NCBI GenBank assembly: GCA_977030845.1
Contig: OZ365110.1
Span: 16,306,001-16,370,000, forward strand
DNA length: 64,000 nucleotides
Source: Fimbriosthenelais zetlandica
Lineage: Eukaryota
Direction: 5' to 3'
Part shown: in pieces, positions 29,001 to 42,306 of the stretch
Layout of the letters: every line of letters begins with the position of its first letter
How positions within the stretch are numbered: position 1 is the first letter of the stretch
Translations under genes and position numbers: made by a program
The notes under the pieces: generated by a model
What the model saw: the letters and a program-made list of their open reading frames with translations, nothing else
What the model was told of the DNA's origin: nothing
Database searches by the model: none

Positions 29001-30591
29001 GTGATGTGTGGTCCGGTATTCATGAAAGTACCATCATTATTCTCAGTAATTATTCAGTCCATGTATCAGGCTTGCTGGCCTGATGCATGGTCTAAAAGCT
29101 CCCGCAAAGGGAAGAGAATCCAATGTATATAAACTAGCAGTGGGACAAAAGAGTATGGCTGAAGCTTGAATACAGCCAGCAAAACAAAACCCTTCCATTA
29201 GCATAAAAAGGCTCGGACATGAACAGTGGGGAAATGTTACAAATCACCCAGTTGGGTGGGAAAATATGTCGTTATATATCTTGTTTGGTATCCCTTGTGT
29301 GGAGTTTCATGGTTTAGAGAATCAGCCAGCGGGGAGCGAAAATACGAACGTGGCTGACAGCATTGTGAGAAAGCGAGTAGGGAATTTATGTTTAGAGTCT
29401 TCAGTTTTGTCAGCGGGGTGAGCAAGGTATAAAGAGTATTTTATTACGTATGTTCTCCTTCACTGCTGCCCTGTCATATTGCATTTACACTCTGGTCACA
29501 ACCAAGTGCCACCTCCCAGACCACAAGAGGTCTGTCCTTCTTTCCAGCTTAATCTTGGGCTTCTATATATAGTTGCTTCATACTCATAGACATGTACAAA
29601 ACCTTGCTCCATGCACGATGTTAAATACTTATAATCTCTTAAAGAGAGCCTTAATAATATCCTCAATTAGTCAGCAAAAAATCTAGTAAACTACACAATA
29701 CACGTGATTTCCCTATCTTGCTGAAGCACTCTGCCAAAGAGCAAATCCCTTTCCAGAGGCAATAAAAGCTTTGTCCTGTAAGCTTTCGTTACTTGCTCTA
29801 TCAGTATAAAGTCTCCAGTACACAAGAGAAGGCCAGTAATAAGGTAGTGGAGACTGTATACGGCTGATCCACAGGGCAATGCAATTTCTGGCAACAGGAA
29901 GGCCCAGGCATGGGGCACAAGCACCTCTACTTGGGAGGAGCACAAATGCAGGCCACAGTACAAATCAGACACTCCTGCAGAGTCTATTCAAGACATCTCC
30001 AGCGAGATATATGCAAAACGTCTCACATGGTCTCATCTGGAAGCCCTAGTTGAGTTCATGGTAAAATCTGATACATTCTAAAATGCAATCACTGAATCTT
30101 TTAGAAAAGGTTTTTCTATAGGACACACTTCCATGACTTCCAATTTCACCAGCAATCCATCAGAGTCATTACCAGTGCATAGTTAAGAGTAATGTCCACA
30201 TCAATATATGGCTTAGAAATCGGAAAGTGCACTTGCTGGGAAAATGATTTCCTATATGAAGCAGTTTTCGGCTGAGGTATAGTACCATAGGTCATGAGGT
30301 CTCTAAGCTAAGGTCATTAGGTACATCAATATTGCATGTTAACCATGGAAGCTCTCCATACTGCCACCATGGCACTCTGAAGGTCCCGGCAAAGCCCTTC
30401 TCCCACTAGTCACATGACAACCCACCATTTATTATTGGCAAAGTGAGGCTGTAGGGAGGATGAAGCCACACTGACCTCTGGTGGTCTGGTTGGAGACTAA
30501 GTGGGCGATATTAGGATGAAAGTAAAGCTGGCCTGTTGGTGATCATTTAGCGTGTGGTGTACTTAGCTGTTTATGACGGAACTGGACTCAC

Positions 30592-30940
30592 CATTATTAT
30601 GTCAGACTATTCTTTATTGCCCACGTGTATTAACAGTCCATGTTCACGGGATGGCAAGGTCACTAAACTGCTAGTAGGTCAAAAGCCGCAGCTTATACAC
30701 GTTCAATATCTGTTAGGGCCCTATACAATCTTTGAGACACATATCTGGTTCTTGAATCAAGGCTGGTATAAAGAACAATGCCTGGGTAGAAATGACAGGG
30801 GAATTGCTTCCAGTGTACATTCTGATTCAAAATATCCATCAGGAATATAGACGGCCAGTCCATTTAGAGGGCGAGCACGACTTGCTGCGGTACTGTGCGA
30901 GTTCCAATAAAAGGAGGTGAGAAAACAACACTTCCGGATT
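30592..30940 (-). other. Candidate noncoding exon plus adjacent promoter-like patch
   Basis: Acceptor cccctgtcatttctacccag before 30781, donor ATG|GTGAGT at 30592, all three frames closed; CpG-rich 30850-30940 with ETS motif ACTTCCGG at 30930-30937. Confidence 0.3.
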
Positions 30941-33900
30941 CACCCATAGACTTAGCATTGGCGATTAAATAAAATACCCGTAGTTAACTCTATAATTAAT
31001 TCTTAAAGAAATAACTGGTATAATACATTTAAATATGAATAGATGGGTTTTGTTGGGTTTTAGTTGTTATACAATTACATCAAATTGTCTGCTTGGGGCA
31101 TTTTCCTATCCGGAATGTTTAATCATAATTATATAGCATATTTACCATAAGGCAACAGTATCTCGTTAAGAGTTGATACGATAGACCAAATGACACGGTA
31201 TTCATATAATGTGGTTGCTATGAATGATTCAGTGGTAATAATTCATGTTTTAAACAAGCACGCCACATATAGCAACATAAGGAGGCATTAAAAGAGGATA
31301 GTCACCTGACCACCGAGCTTACAAGTATTGTCATGGAAACACCATCACCATGGTAACATGAATCAGCCTAACAACAGGCAGGGAAGATTAATTCGCCAGT
31401 TGATAATGGTGTCTGATAACATTGTTCTGATAACAAGCGTGCTGCATGGAATAATATATGGATCGTGATAACCAGAAATAGTGGAAGTAGTCAGTAACGC
31501 CCTGTGCTTTGATCCGATCCGCGTATGCCAGTCTGACCATTCAAAGTACAGATAAGAAACATCATCAGGAATTAGAAGGAGAGAGATGATTGGATAATCA
31601 AGGGGTGATTAACAAACTAAGCTTGAAATTACAGACCATGGTTGTGGTGATTAGGGTGGTGGTTTGCTGGTGGATGATGATGGGTGGGTGGGCGGTGCTG
31701 GTTCCACCCTTGTATTAGGACAACCCGGCTTGTTAATCTTCTCCCCATAGCCTCACATAATGACGCTTCGTTAGCTAAAACACACTCATACCTACCACCA
31801 TGGAGATCATCAATATTTGCTTTATTACTCCCAAATCACTTCATTTGCCTGCATTGAGAAGACATCAGTTTGTGATGGGATCTGTAGGAAAAGCCACCAG
31901 TTCTGTCTGAGGCTATATTGTATGCTTCATTTACTCCATATTGTCATGACTCATTCAATATAAGAGGCAAACTGGGATGCTTCCCAAGTGATTCATATTA
32001 TTCATATAATTGCGCATCTCACAATTCATTTATCTAACGTCAGGCGCGGAGGAACTAAACGTAAGCCATAAAGTAGTCTCTTTTTATTGTAGGAGACAAA
32101 GCAATCTTCCCCAGGGGATCAAATGCTGCTAAAAATGCCAAAGCCTGTATATTCTGGGCCAGAAGAAACAAGTTACTTACTAGGATCCATTCAAACATTT
32201 CGTAACGTGGGAGGGGGTGGGGTGTATAGTATTATTTTACGGTCATATTGGTAACATAATGCGTTATATCATTACAGATGGAGATTGGTATTTTAGAAAA
32301 AAAAACATGGTATGTAATATCTGAATGGCCGGTTATAAATTACTGTAGAAATACAAGTGCCATTCACGAGGATAGAATTGATCCCAGTGATGTTAATAAC
32401 ATGCCAGACACAGTTATTCCCTGTTATATATAATGACACATTCCTCTTTGGCTCATTTATTACTGTGTCTAAGTTGATTACCATAAGCTGCCTTCAAATC
32501 AGCAGCTCCTGAATGTTAAGGCGTGAATGCAGGTTTTTACAATTGAAGTAATTATCATTGAAAGTACTGAATATGTTAATTTCCAACTTTATGTTGTCGG
32601 ATGCACTCAAGAAAACTTTACTTCCAATGCAGGCATCGTAATGGAATGTGAATCTACGACTGGCAAATAACACGTAATGAGACGAGAAAGGAAGTTTGCT
32701 GTCCCGGCTTGTTTTGACATCTTTGTTTCTTATATTCTGAAGTGAAAATCCAGAACGCCTGCAAAAATTCCAGCCTACAGCACCTGACTACAACTTAAGA
32801 GTTCCCATGAATTGCGTTTCTTATATTTAGAGCTATGCATAATGCATTGATTTATGAAGTCAACACGAAAATAAATCTTATTCTCTCATAATTTGCCTCT
32901 GGGTAAACTGTCACATTTTCTCCAGTATGAGGAAAAAAACCTTGAACATATATTTCCACGTGTCATAAAGTTTAGTTTACATTGCAAACTACATTTAATT
33001 AAATTTTATTTAAATTTTTAAGACTACCACCCCTAGCCTAGGTATATTTACAGCGAACCATCTCGCAGCGGCTGCTTGACCTAATTAGAAAAGGCATAGC
33101 AAGTTAATTAGTGAATAAATAAAGGAAGGGCCTATAAAGAACACATAGTGTGTTTTCCTGCATCCAGATGGACCAGGTGCTTGAACACACCCAGACAACT
33201 ATCCATTAATGAACATCCTGCCTACAACCTTCATTAACCCTCCGAAGCCGAGGTACTCGTTAAACCATCAATTACATACTTTTTACAGTTCATTGCTTCA
33301 ATTACCATCATCTCTTAAATAGGTCTTCCTCATCTCAATGCATATTCTATTTTGCCAGGAGTATTAGTTCTAATTTGAGAATCAGGTACTGGAAATGAAA
33401 TCTAAAAGTCATGCCAGCAATGGTGAAAATATGGATGGGAAGTCCAATTATACAAGACCTCAAACTACGATCTATTCTCCATCAGAAATGTATAAGAATC
33501 TAGGCTTTGGAAAGGTATAATCCTCGATAGTACTTTAGTACATTGTCTGTTGCAATGGGAGCAAATTGCTTTCTAGGAAATGCCGCAAACGCATTATTTG
33601 ACGTGGAGAGTTGCCAGTGGAAGTTAAAACCTGTCTGACTGAAGCTATTTGGAGAGCTTAACATGTGCAGATTCAACCTTGCCCATTAACCCACCCAAAT
33701 CTCCAGTGGCTGAGATGCATTAAGGTGAACCTTCCACCATGCACACCATAATGATAAGACTGCACTCTATTTAATTCACTTATTGTAATACCAATCGCAG
33801 AATGACAAGGAAATTCATTTAAATTTATACAATATGCTAATTCTGAACAAAAATTTCTCTGAATTATACATGCATACATGTATATATAAACATGTCCCTA

Positions 33901-35669
33901 TGCGGGAAGTTTCATTTGACAAGAATCTGAAGACCCTGCAGAATTTCAATAGGAAAGTTTCCTCCCTACAGATACGATCCAATCGATTGCAAATTGAGTT
34001 TTTGTGGACTCCAGTCACCTGAACAGTGAATCTTCAAGGTATAGGCACTAGTCATTATAATAAACATAACTAAAATCTTAATTGGAGGTAGAAGCCCAAT
34101 ATTTCCATATAATGTACTGAACATCTTGAACATGAAACCAATGGGAACTCAGTTAACCGAGGTTGAAATTACAGTCATGGCATGTATGTTCTCAAAATTG
34201 CGTGCTACATGTAAAGGGAGTCGGTCAGATGTACATTAGTGACAGTGAACACAATATAGTGAGTAGTTTTTCTTTCAAGGGTATCATTGGCCCCAACTAA
34301 CAACATCCTTTAGCTTTGGAGAACATAACCTCCAATGGCCCAATCAGCAATTGACAAATACTACAACAAATGTACTAATGAGGTGGGCAGTAAGCGGATA
34401 TTTTCAAAAATGAATTTTGCTTTGGGGAGAAGATAATAATTTAGATTTCAAAGTATGTTATACGTAGAAAGGTTTTCTTTCTGATCACAATGTCAGACAG
34501 AATCACAAAATGGCGATTTAGAAACCTGGGTGGATCCAAAGAAGGTTGGAATCAGACAGGACCAAATACAGCCCGGTATATTATGGAAAGCTGAGGAGCA
34601 AGAGCAATGTTTTTCTAGGAGGATGAGATAGGATACCAGGGGGATCTCCTATCAAGTGGTCTCCTGGTGTTCCAAGAACTCATGCTCGTTCAGCAGTGTA
34701 ATCTCGCGAGAGCTCATCCATTTCCGCTTCCTGTGCCCTCCCATGGAATTTGAAGATCCTCAGTTTTTATGTACACCATACAATACCAGAGGAATTGAAA
34801 TATATTTTTGAGCCAGGGATCTTCTTTACGTTTATATATATGGGCTGAAAGTAGGGCGGGGCATTTTATTTTATGTGCTAAGCTGATCTTACTCTGGTAA
34901 TACACTAGGGCCCTGTATGGTGGGTGAGGTGGGGCAGTAAGCGGCCACTAGGGAGAGCTGTAAAAGGCAAAGGGGCAGGAGAGGCGCCTCAAGGATTCAG
35001 ACTAGATCTGAATACGGTCTTGTAGGCAATAAAGCCCATCTTACGGCTGATATACTGACATGTTTACCTCCCAAAGTTTTCCTACAAATATCTTTATTTT
35101 CTCGGGAAGTAAATGGTCCCTGGCAAGGCTAACTGTTAACCCTTAACATATCCCAGGTCATTTGTTAAATGAGGAAGTGTGGTAAGGTAATTGGCTTCAA
35201 GGTGGGAAACAAGCAGTGGAAATTTCAATTATACAATAATATATTAGACTGAAAATAGATAGCCTTTTCATTTCCTTTTGTACTCGAGTTATTCAGATTT
35301 CCTTACAGGGTTATTCAGTGAATTGAGACAATTCAAAACATTTTCCGAGACAAGAATTTTTTTTTCATTAACGGCCAGCTGATTAATTGTAGCCTACAAG
35401 GAAGTCGGCCACCTCTGTGTGCTGAGGGGCAATATCATCAAGTCAATTATATACCTGAATGATTTAAAGGTCATCACCCGTGTTCGATATGAGCTGGGCC
35501 AGTCGAGGATCTCCAAAGACTAAATATTGTCACTGATAAAAATATTATGGTCCTTACCAACGCATTGTTTCCAAATTGTTTGCACGGAATCTATTTGGGG
35601 ACTTTATGAATTTCGTATTATTAGTTCATTTTCCTTCATTCAATATTATCCAGACCACTTGGCTTCTTA

Positions 35670-36520
35670 AGGAAAAATCCAAATCCATAGAAATAGAGAC
35701 ATGGATTGAACAAGATCCGGCATGAAAGATCTACAAAATCCTGGAGACCGAGTAGGCAAGTCAGAAGCTTCAAAACCACTAAATTCAGCCCCCATTTCTA
35801 AATGACTTTTTGACTTCCATTCTTAACCCATTTCCTCAGAAGTTATTGTATGGGATATCCCCTCATGAAACCGTTTTAATGAATCGCTCCCGAGTAATCC
35901 CGGGGTGATTCCATGAGGATAACTGGAGTTGATGTTTTCTGGCTTGGGCAGCTTTCTGAAGGTCATTATAAGGTCAAACGTAGAGTAAGGGCCTGATCCT
36001 GGCACTTTTTAAAGGCTAACAACATCAAAGGTCAATGTGAGAGCTCCCACTGGTGGAATAAGTCAGAGATAATGATGTCTGCAATAGTTCTTGTAAGTTT
36101 CAGCACAAATAATTCATTGACTTTTCCATGACTACTCATTTTTAATTGCAAAACCTAAACTGCTGAGCAGAAGCATTGGACATAGAAGGATGGCAGATGA
36201 AGGGTACATCTTCCCATTTGTTTTACCAAGATAGCAATTTATCATTTCTTATCACTGTGATCCATTCGGTGATAACATGAGTCCATGCCCCAATCTTGTG
36301 ACCCAGACTCAAGGGTTTTAGCCCCAACCAGAAGACAGTGACCCTATTCTCCTCGCTCGTCTTTGACCCCCAGCTCACTTACTCAAGCACTGACCCAAGG
36401 GCCCTCAAGGCAGATGATGGGCCGGAATATATGGCCAAGACTCGACGGATGATTGATAGATTGGATGCTGTTTTATACCAAGCAATTTCAGAGCTTGTTT
36501 TTCTGCTATAAAGAAATCCA
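35670..36520 (-). mobile_element. Decayed Ty3/Gypsy LTR-retrotransposon pol fragment (RNase H to integrase)
   Basis: Ordered degenerate motifs on the minus strand: YSRKTSSEIAWY (36510 down; cf. YSRKLxxAExNY), LAI (~36430), MDH (cf. TDH), LGKTN (cf. PGKxN), HPGITR (35890-35907, integrase zinc finger), and ccatgtctctatttctatggattt (~35681-35705; cf. PWSHISMDF). Spacings roughly match Gypsy pol. Many stops and frameshifts; no LTRs identified. Confidence 0.7.
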
Positions 36521-37268
36521 TAAGATTGATATACGGAATGGAGTGCATAGGACATAAGCATCATTATTAGCTGTGTCCCACCAATCTTTTTTTTTTCAAA
36601 CTTCGGACATAGATAGAGTGACATTGTGTCCACAAACATAATCCAACACTCAGCACTGGCATTAAACTCAGCCATATAGAGTAGAGAACAAGAAACCAAT
36701 AAAAGCATTTTAAATTGTAGCATGCCTATGAAATATAATATAGGCTCCATACAAGATTACCGGATGTACTTTATCATGCCATTGTACAAAGGCTAGATCA
36801 TTGTTGTACAACGGCATGTGTACTGTATGTGCAACCCTTTTACCATCTCTATAGTATAGGGTGATGGAAAGCTGCAGGCAACTAACTGATGGTATAAGGT
36901 ACTACGGGTAGATTAGATTGCAAAGGTCTTACCAAAATGTTTCCAATTCCAAGCGTTGGTAATTATATCCTAATCAGCAATCAGACTTATAGTACTCCTG
37001 AGCATCCAATTCCTTTTTTGACAATGTGCTGAATACATTTTTCCAAATCTTCAATGATTTATCAAAGGCCCGATACCCAGTAAAGAAAATATAAACTTTA
37101 CCATAGTTTTACCATGCACACTACCCGATAATAACGCTGTACTTTACCCTGACAACTCACACCAATGCTAAGTGAGTGGCTCGGAGCATGTATCTGGAGG
37201 TTTTGTTTATACCTCAAGTGTGTGTAAGACGACGCCATCCAGCGGCCACTTCCATAGGTCACCTACCC

Positions 37269-37281
37269 CCACTAGATGGCA
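37269..37281 (+). promoter_or_regulatory. CTCF-like motif
   Basis: CCACTAGATGGCA matches the CCASYAGRKGGCR consensus; motif match only. Confidence 0.35.
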
Positions 37282-37643
37282 AAGGAGGCGGGCAATCTGG
37301 CTTCTCTCTCAGACTCCGGCTGTCTTTTAAGTGGGATCTTGTGTCAGTGCTGGGTGTGATGAGTGATCATATTAGATGGTTATTTTACTCCATCCACCAG
37401 AGGCATGCCATTGATTGACAGGCTGGCAAGGTTGCACCCCCAGGCTGAGAACCCTATACTTCCTTTTGCTTTGTTTTCGGATTCTTAAGAAGGGAGAACA
37501 TCAGAACGCATCAATGTATTTAATTGAGGTTCTGACATTTTAAATCGCAGAAAGATAGGAGTGGTTTGTATTACAAAGACATAAAGACATAATATGTTGA
37601 CGTTGAAATATCAAAACAGCTTGTTATTGACTGATGTGAAACC

Positions 37644-37940
37644 TTTTTTTTTTTTTTTTTTTTAGTTTGAATTTTTATAGAGACTGTTATGGGTGAATAC
37701 CAGCTCACACTCTTGGTCACTCAAGTTGCTCGTATGATTTTCAGCTGGGGGCTCTTTCTATGTGCATTACTACATTGCCTTGCAATGGATATTTCTAGGT
37801 GCATAGAACATATGTACAACCGTGAGGAGGGAGGCATTGGAAATGTCTTGGACAGCTCGGGGGATTGAACCGCCGACCCTTCGATCATTGGTCAACCACC
37901 CAATGTGAGCTGGCGCTCTAACCAACTGAGCTAACTCCCC
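37644..37940 (-). mobile_element. tRNA-derived SINE with poly(A) tail
   Basis: Minus strand begins GGGGAGTTAGCTCAGTTGGTTAGAGCG (A box; GTTAGCTCAGTTGGTTAGAGCG as in eukaryotic tRNA-Ile(AAT) as I recall it), B box GGTTCAATCC about 17 nt further than in a tRNA, non-pairing acceptor stem, ~110-nt body, 3' tail, then A20 (T run 37644-37663). No convincing target-site duplication. Confidence 0.85.
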
Positions 37941-39735
37941 TCCCCTACCTTTAATATGTAAAGGTCAGATATCCTAAGGCACTGGCCGAAATTTGCTTTC
38001 ACCTCACCCAGTAGCTCACTTAGCTCGAGGGAATACATTTGTTGGCCTTGCAAATAGTAAGAGGATACTAAGGGAAGACCATGGAAAACATGCCAAATGG
38101 CATGGAGAAAGGTAACTTTCCGAAAAACCTCTTTAGGTTAATACAACACTGATCCTTGTCTCTCCAATTTCTAAGCAGGATTGAGAGCTTTTAATGTAGC
38201 GATCAATCTACATCACTAAGTGAGTTATCAGATTACAAGCAGTATATGGGATGATGTTAAAAAAATAGACAAGGAAATGACTTTTAGTTATCCTATTCGC
38301 AGTGACCCTCTCCATTGACTTGTACTACCCTACTGGAGGGTTACAAGCATCCATCGATTGGTACAGGACCGGTAATTGCAAAAGGGGAAAGTGATTGGAT
38401 GTGAATGTAAATTACCGGCTTTGATTTACATCCGTAAGCGAGTTTTGATGGCTTTTGACAATGATATGCGACCAGTGACGACCATTTGTTAGTCCAAACT
38501 ACAACCAAGCATTGGCACTGATGCCTTTGTGGTGGCAATACGGAGCGTTATGTTCACTTGATCGTGATTTCATTCATATTTTTCATCACAAATGAAATTT
38601 CAGTCGAAATGTGTGAATGGAAATTTGGATGAAAAATCAGTAATAACCTGGTGTTATGAACATTTATCGAAATAAAAGGGTAACAGATCTTAATGTTTTA
38701 TACAACAGCAAAGAATGCCTGTGTCGATTAGCCAGTGGAACATAAATCATCACAGAAATCTAATTACTCAAGTAGCTTTCATATTCATCCTTTCTTAATC
38801 TTAAGAAGTGATGTTGTAATCCACTTTATTTATCAAACTTTAAAGTGATTGGATTTCAATTTTTACATCAGCCACTTCAGAGGGATGTAACTTAGGGAAT
38901 AGTAATGCGTTTCCAGTTGAGGACATGTAAACCGAAATAAAAGGACATCTACCATCGTTTTGATTGCAATTTCTCTGATGAAAATGGCAACAAAGCCAAA
39001 TTAGAGGTTCAACAGCAGAAGAACCTGGTGCTGCCTGTAACAGAGTATCCATGTATCATCAATATAGCAGCCTCTGTGATTTGCATTCGGGTGTAATTTT
39101 CTAATTACAAACTTTGTAATTCTCTCGTCAATGAAAGTGCTTTGCATGACAAAATTAGACTGATAGTCCATATTCCCCCTCTCTGTCATAATTTCCCTCC
39201 TGGACAGCATCCGTCTACTCTCTATGATTACGCCCTAGCTCTTTCATCACACAGTTTTGCAAATTTCAAACACTGACATGCAAGCGTAAAACACTGACAT
39301 GAGTAAAACACCTTCCATAATATTCGAGAGAGTAAATTGAATTTTGAACCAAAATACTGCTTTAATGAACCAGTGACGGCAGTCCCTATAAAAGCCTCAG
39401 TGAAAATGCTCTCCAGTGCAGATGGATCGTCTATAGTCCAAGAATTATCCATATAATACTCGGCAGAAACCATGATTGAATAGAGCTGCGCAGAAAGTCT
39501 GCATAGAATAATTATGGAAATACAGAAAAGAGAGAAGAACATGTTTTCTGCATTAAAACAACAAATTCGTCACAACTGTTACATCGACGAACTGTCGCGG
39601 CATATTTTGAATTTCAATAGGCATTTCAATAGGCATTAATGCTTGATTCAGTCTATTTTGAAATGGACTTCCTCTCGCATCCTAACAAGGAATTCTGAAA
39701 AATGATTAGTTGGCGAAAGTCTAAGAAATACTCAC

Positions 39736-40120
39736 GTCGATGGAAATTATTTTAATGGACGCGATCTAAAGTGTTGATAATTTGCATCAACACCGACAGC
39801 TAATGGTTTTCAGTCAGATGTTTGAGTAGTTTCTAACGATCCTCCAACATAAAATAGCATGGAAGCAGCTGGGGAGGATGCTCCAAGTGGCAATGAAATC
39901 AGTTAATCGACAGAAAATTCTACAAAAAGGCTTTGAATTAGCAAGCTTGTTGAATTTCATTTCCTTTCGTAGTCTTCTGCTGTCTAGAAAATCAAACCCA
40001 ACCGCAATATTCGTCAAATTTAAAGACCACAAAGGGGACCAGGTGCAGAGTAATATATAGGATCAGACAGACAACAGCCTATAGGAATAGGTCTATGATT
40101 ATCCACGTCCGCCATTTCCC
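39736..40120 (-). promoter_or_regulatory. CpG-rich promoter-like patch with candidate first exon
   Basis: GAC|GTGAGT donor at 39736; CpG-rich 39540-40200; YY1-like CCGCCATTT at 40109-40117. Confidence 0.35.
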
Positions 40121-42218
40121 AATTTTATAATTATCTTCCATCAAGCGGCAATAGTAGTAGGCCTATATCCCACGTCACAATCAACCAATCGGAGGATTTA
40201 TGTCTGAAGTCACATGATAAGCATCAGCCTATAGAAGCAGTCATATCTACATGACAGCTTATAAAATGTATTACAAAAACCTGAACTGTGAATAATACAT
40301 GAGAATTTCAAGCAGTGACATGACAGCCCTGATCCCAGCTACTTCACCGCACGCTGTGTCATCCTAACCCCCTTGAGGCTATAGGCAGTGTTTTAAAGCA
40401 TAATGCCAGGTTTTAAGCTTTCCAGTCCTGTTCATGAACTAATAAAAACAATTCAGCCGCCAATGTTTACAGGCAACTGTCTTATAGTATCTTGACGGGC
40501 AAAATGCAGGCACTTGATAGAATAAGTTCAGTTTGGAGGACATGCCTGATGCATCATTTACGGGGGAATCATTAGTCGCACATATATGCCATAATGGAAC
40601 AAAACATAAGATGATCTAGCGTTAACGTCAGCAATTTCCCTACTCTATAAGCCATTCATTACCAGAACGTACCAGCAATTAAACTATTTTTTTCAGATTT
40701 CAGTTGCTCCAATATGTACAAATGGGAAGGCGGAAGGCTATAAGTGCAGTTTTAAATGTGCATGTGCTTTCACTTCTGAGACATGAGGAGAGAAATTACA
40801 GGACCATATCCAGTGAGAATGGTCCAAAGAATACAAACTGCAGAAATGTACGAGATAAAGGAATGCGAACAAGACGGAGCAGTCATGAGATGTTAAAATG
40901 TGATAATAATGGAAAGATCTGAAGATAAAAATAGGAATCAAAGACATGTTACCAACTTCTATAGGGTGACCAGGTGCGGTTGGAGGCAAAATAACAACAC
41001 GTCTCCTGATTGGCTGAGGCCTGTCACATGACATCATGCGATGTGCCAATCAGCTCTTGGAACCAGAAGATTGTAACAGTTAGACTTCACAAGCTGGCGC
41101 TGAGGGGTGTGAACACAGCACCATAAAAGAAATGAGAATCCTGTTTTTTGAAAACAAACAAAGGAAGGTATGCATGACGAGAAGCCCAAAGGGATAATTT
41201 GAAGGGATCGTGGAGAATCCAAGCACAATGTTATTCGGTTATATCTCCATGTGCAATGATTCATGGGTGCAATGAAATGTAAACCCGACAAGCAAGTCGG
41301 ATACCGAAATATAACAAGTATACAATAACAGAACCAATGGGCAATGATAGTTGCGATTTCATGACAGTCTCATTCATGAACATAAAAGTCCGCTTCCACC
41401 CCTCACTGGCCTCCTCCCTCTACCTCTCATACTCCTTTTCCTCCTACTCCAGTGCCCGGCCACTGGAGGAAATGTCAGGATTGATGGAAACTTTACCATG
41501 CCTGGAGGAAGGGGAAATACTACACACCATGCACCATTGGCAAGCAGCACTTCAAGCTCAATGCCTTCCCTACTCAAATAGCAGGAGGCTGAGGAGGAGG
41601 AGGACTTCAGGAAATACTATATCATTACGTCCTCCGCATTTTTTCCTTATTAGATATTTTACCCAGGAAACCGTTTTAAATTTCAACAACTTTTACCTAA
41701 TTCCCTAGTGACCCATCCCTCCCAATGTATAATTTATACTGATACGCTATTTTCACTAAAACTACCTGATTATTCATATCGGTAGAGGAAAGTAGACATA
41801 GTCTGGCCAAGCTCAAATGGTTGATATATATAATATGCAAGTCGTGGACATATGGATGACCATCAGGGACAGCAACCAAAGAGCAGCTTTGGCTTTGCCT
41901 CCTTCGCTGACCGTCTCAACTCACATGCATACAAACCAAGGCCATTAGCTTACAGTCAACATCAACACAACAGGCGAGGCTTCATGCTTCATTTAATGTT
42001 ATTGGAGCAAGACCTACCGCAGGCAGAGGTAATGACTATGTCCATACTCGAAGGTTAGTCAAGCAGGAAAACAAACACCTGGCCTCATGCCATGAATTCC
42101 TTTACTAATCTCTTACTCCCATATATGCAATCAGATGAGGTTTTGGAACGGAAAAATCGCTTATATTGTTTAAGCTGTGAATATGATATACTGGTTATTG
42201 CTAGGTCTACTATACTGA

Positions 42219-42306
42219 AGCTGAAAATCATACGAGAAACTTGAGTAATCAAGAGTGTGAGCTGGTCTTCACCCATAACAGGCTCTATAAAAATGCTAAC
42301 TAAAAA
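42219..42306 (+). mobile_element. Second copy of the SINE 3' tail (5'-truncated SINE or 3' end of partner LINE)
   Basis: agctgaaaatcatacgagaaacttgagtaatcaagagtgtgagctggtcttcacccataacaggctctataaaaatgctaactaaaaa aligns to the reverse complement of ~37660-37746 with about 7 mismatches in ~87 nt; the sequences upstream of the tail are unrelated. Confidence 0.8.

Noticed and set aside
37861-37940. Functional tRNA gene
   Set aside because: The acceptor, anticodon and T stems do not pair properly, and it runs into a SINE body and poly(A) tail.
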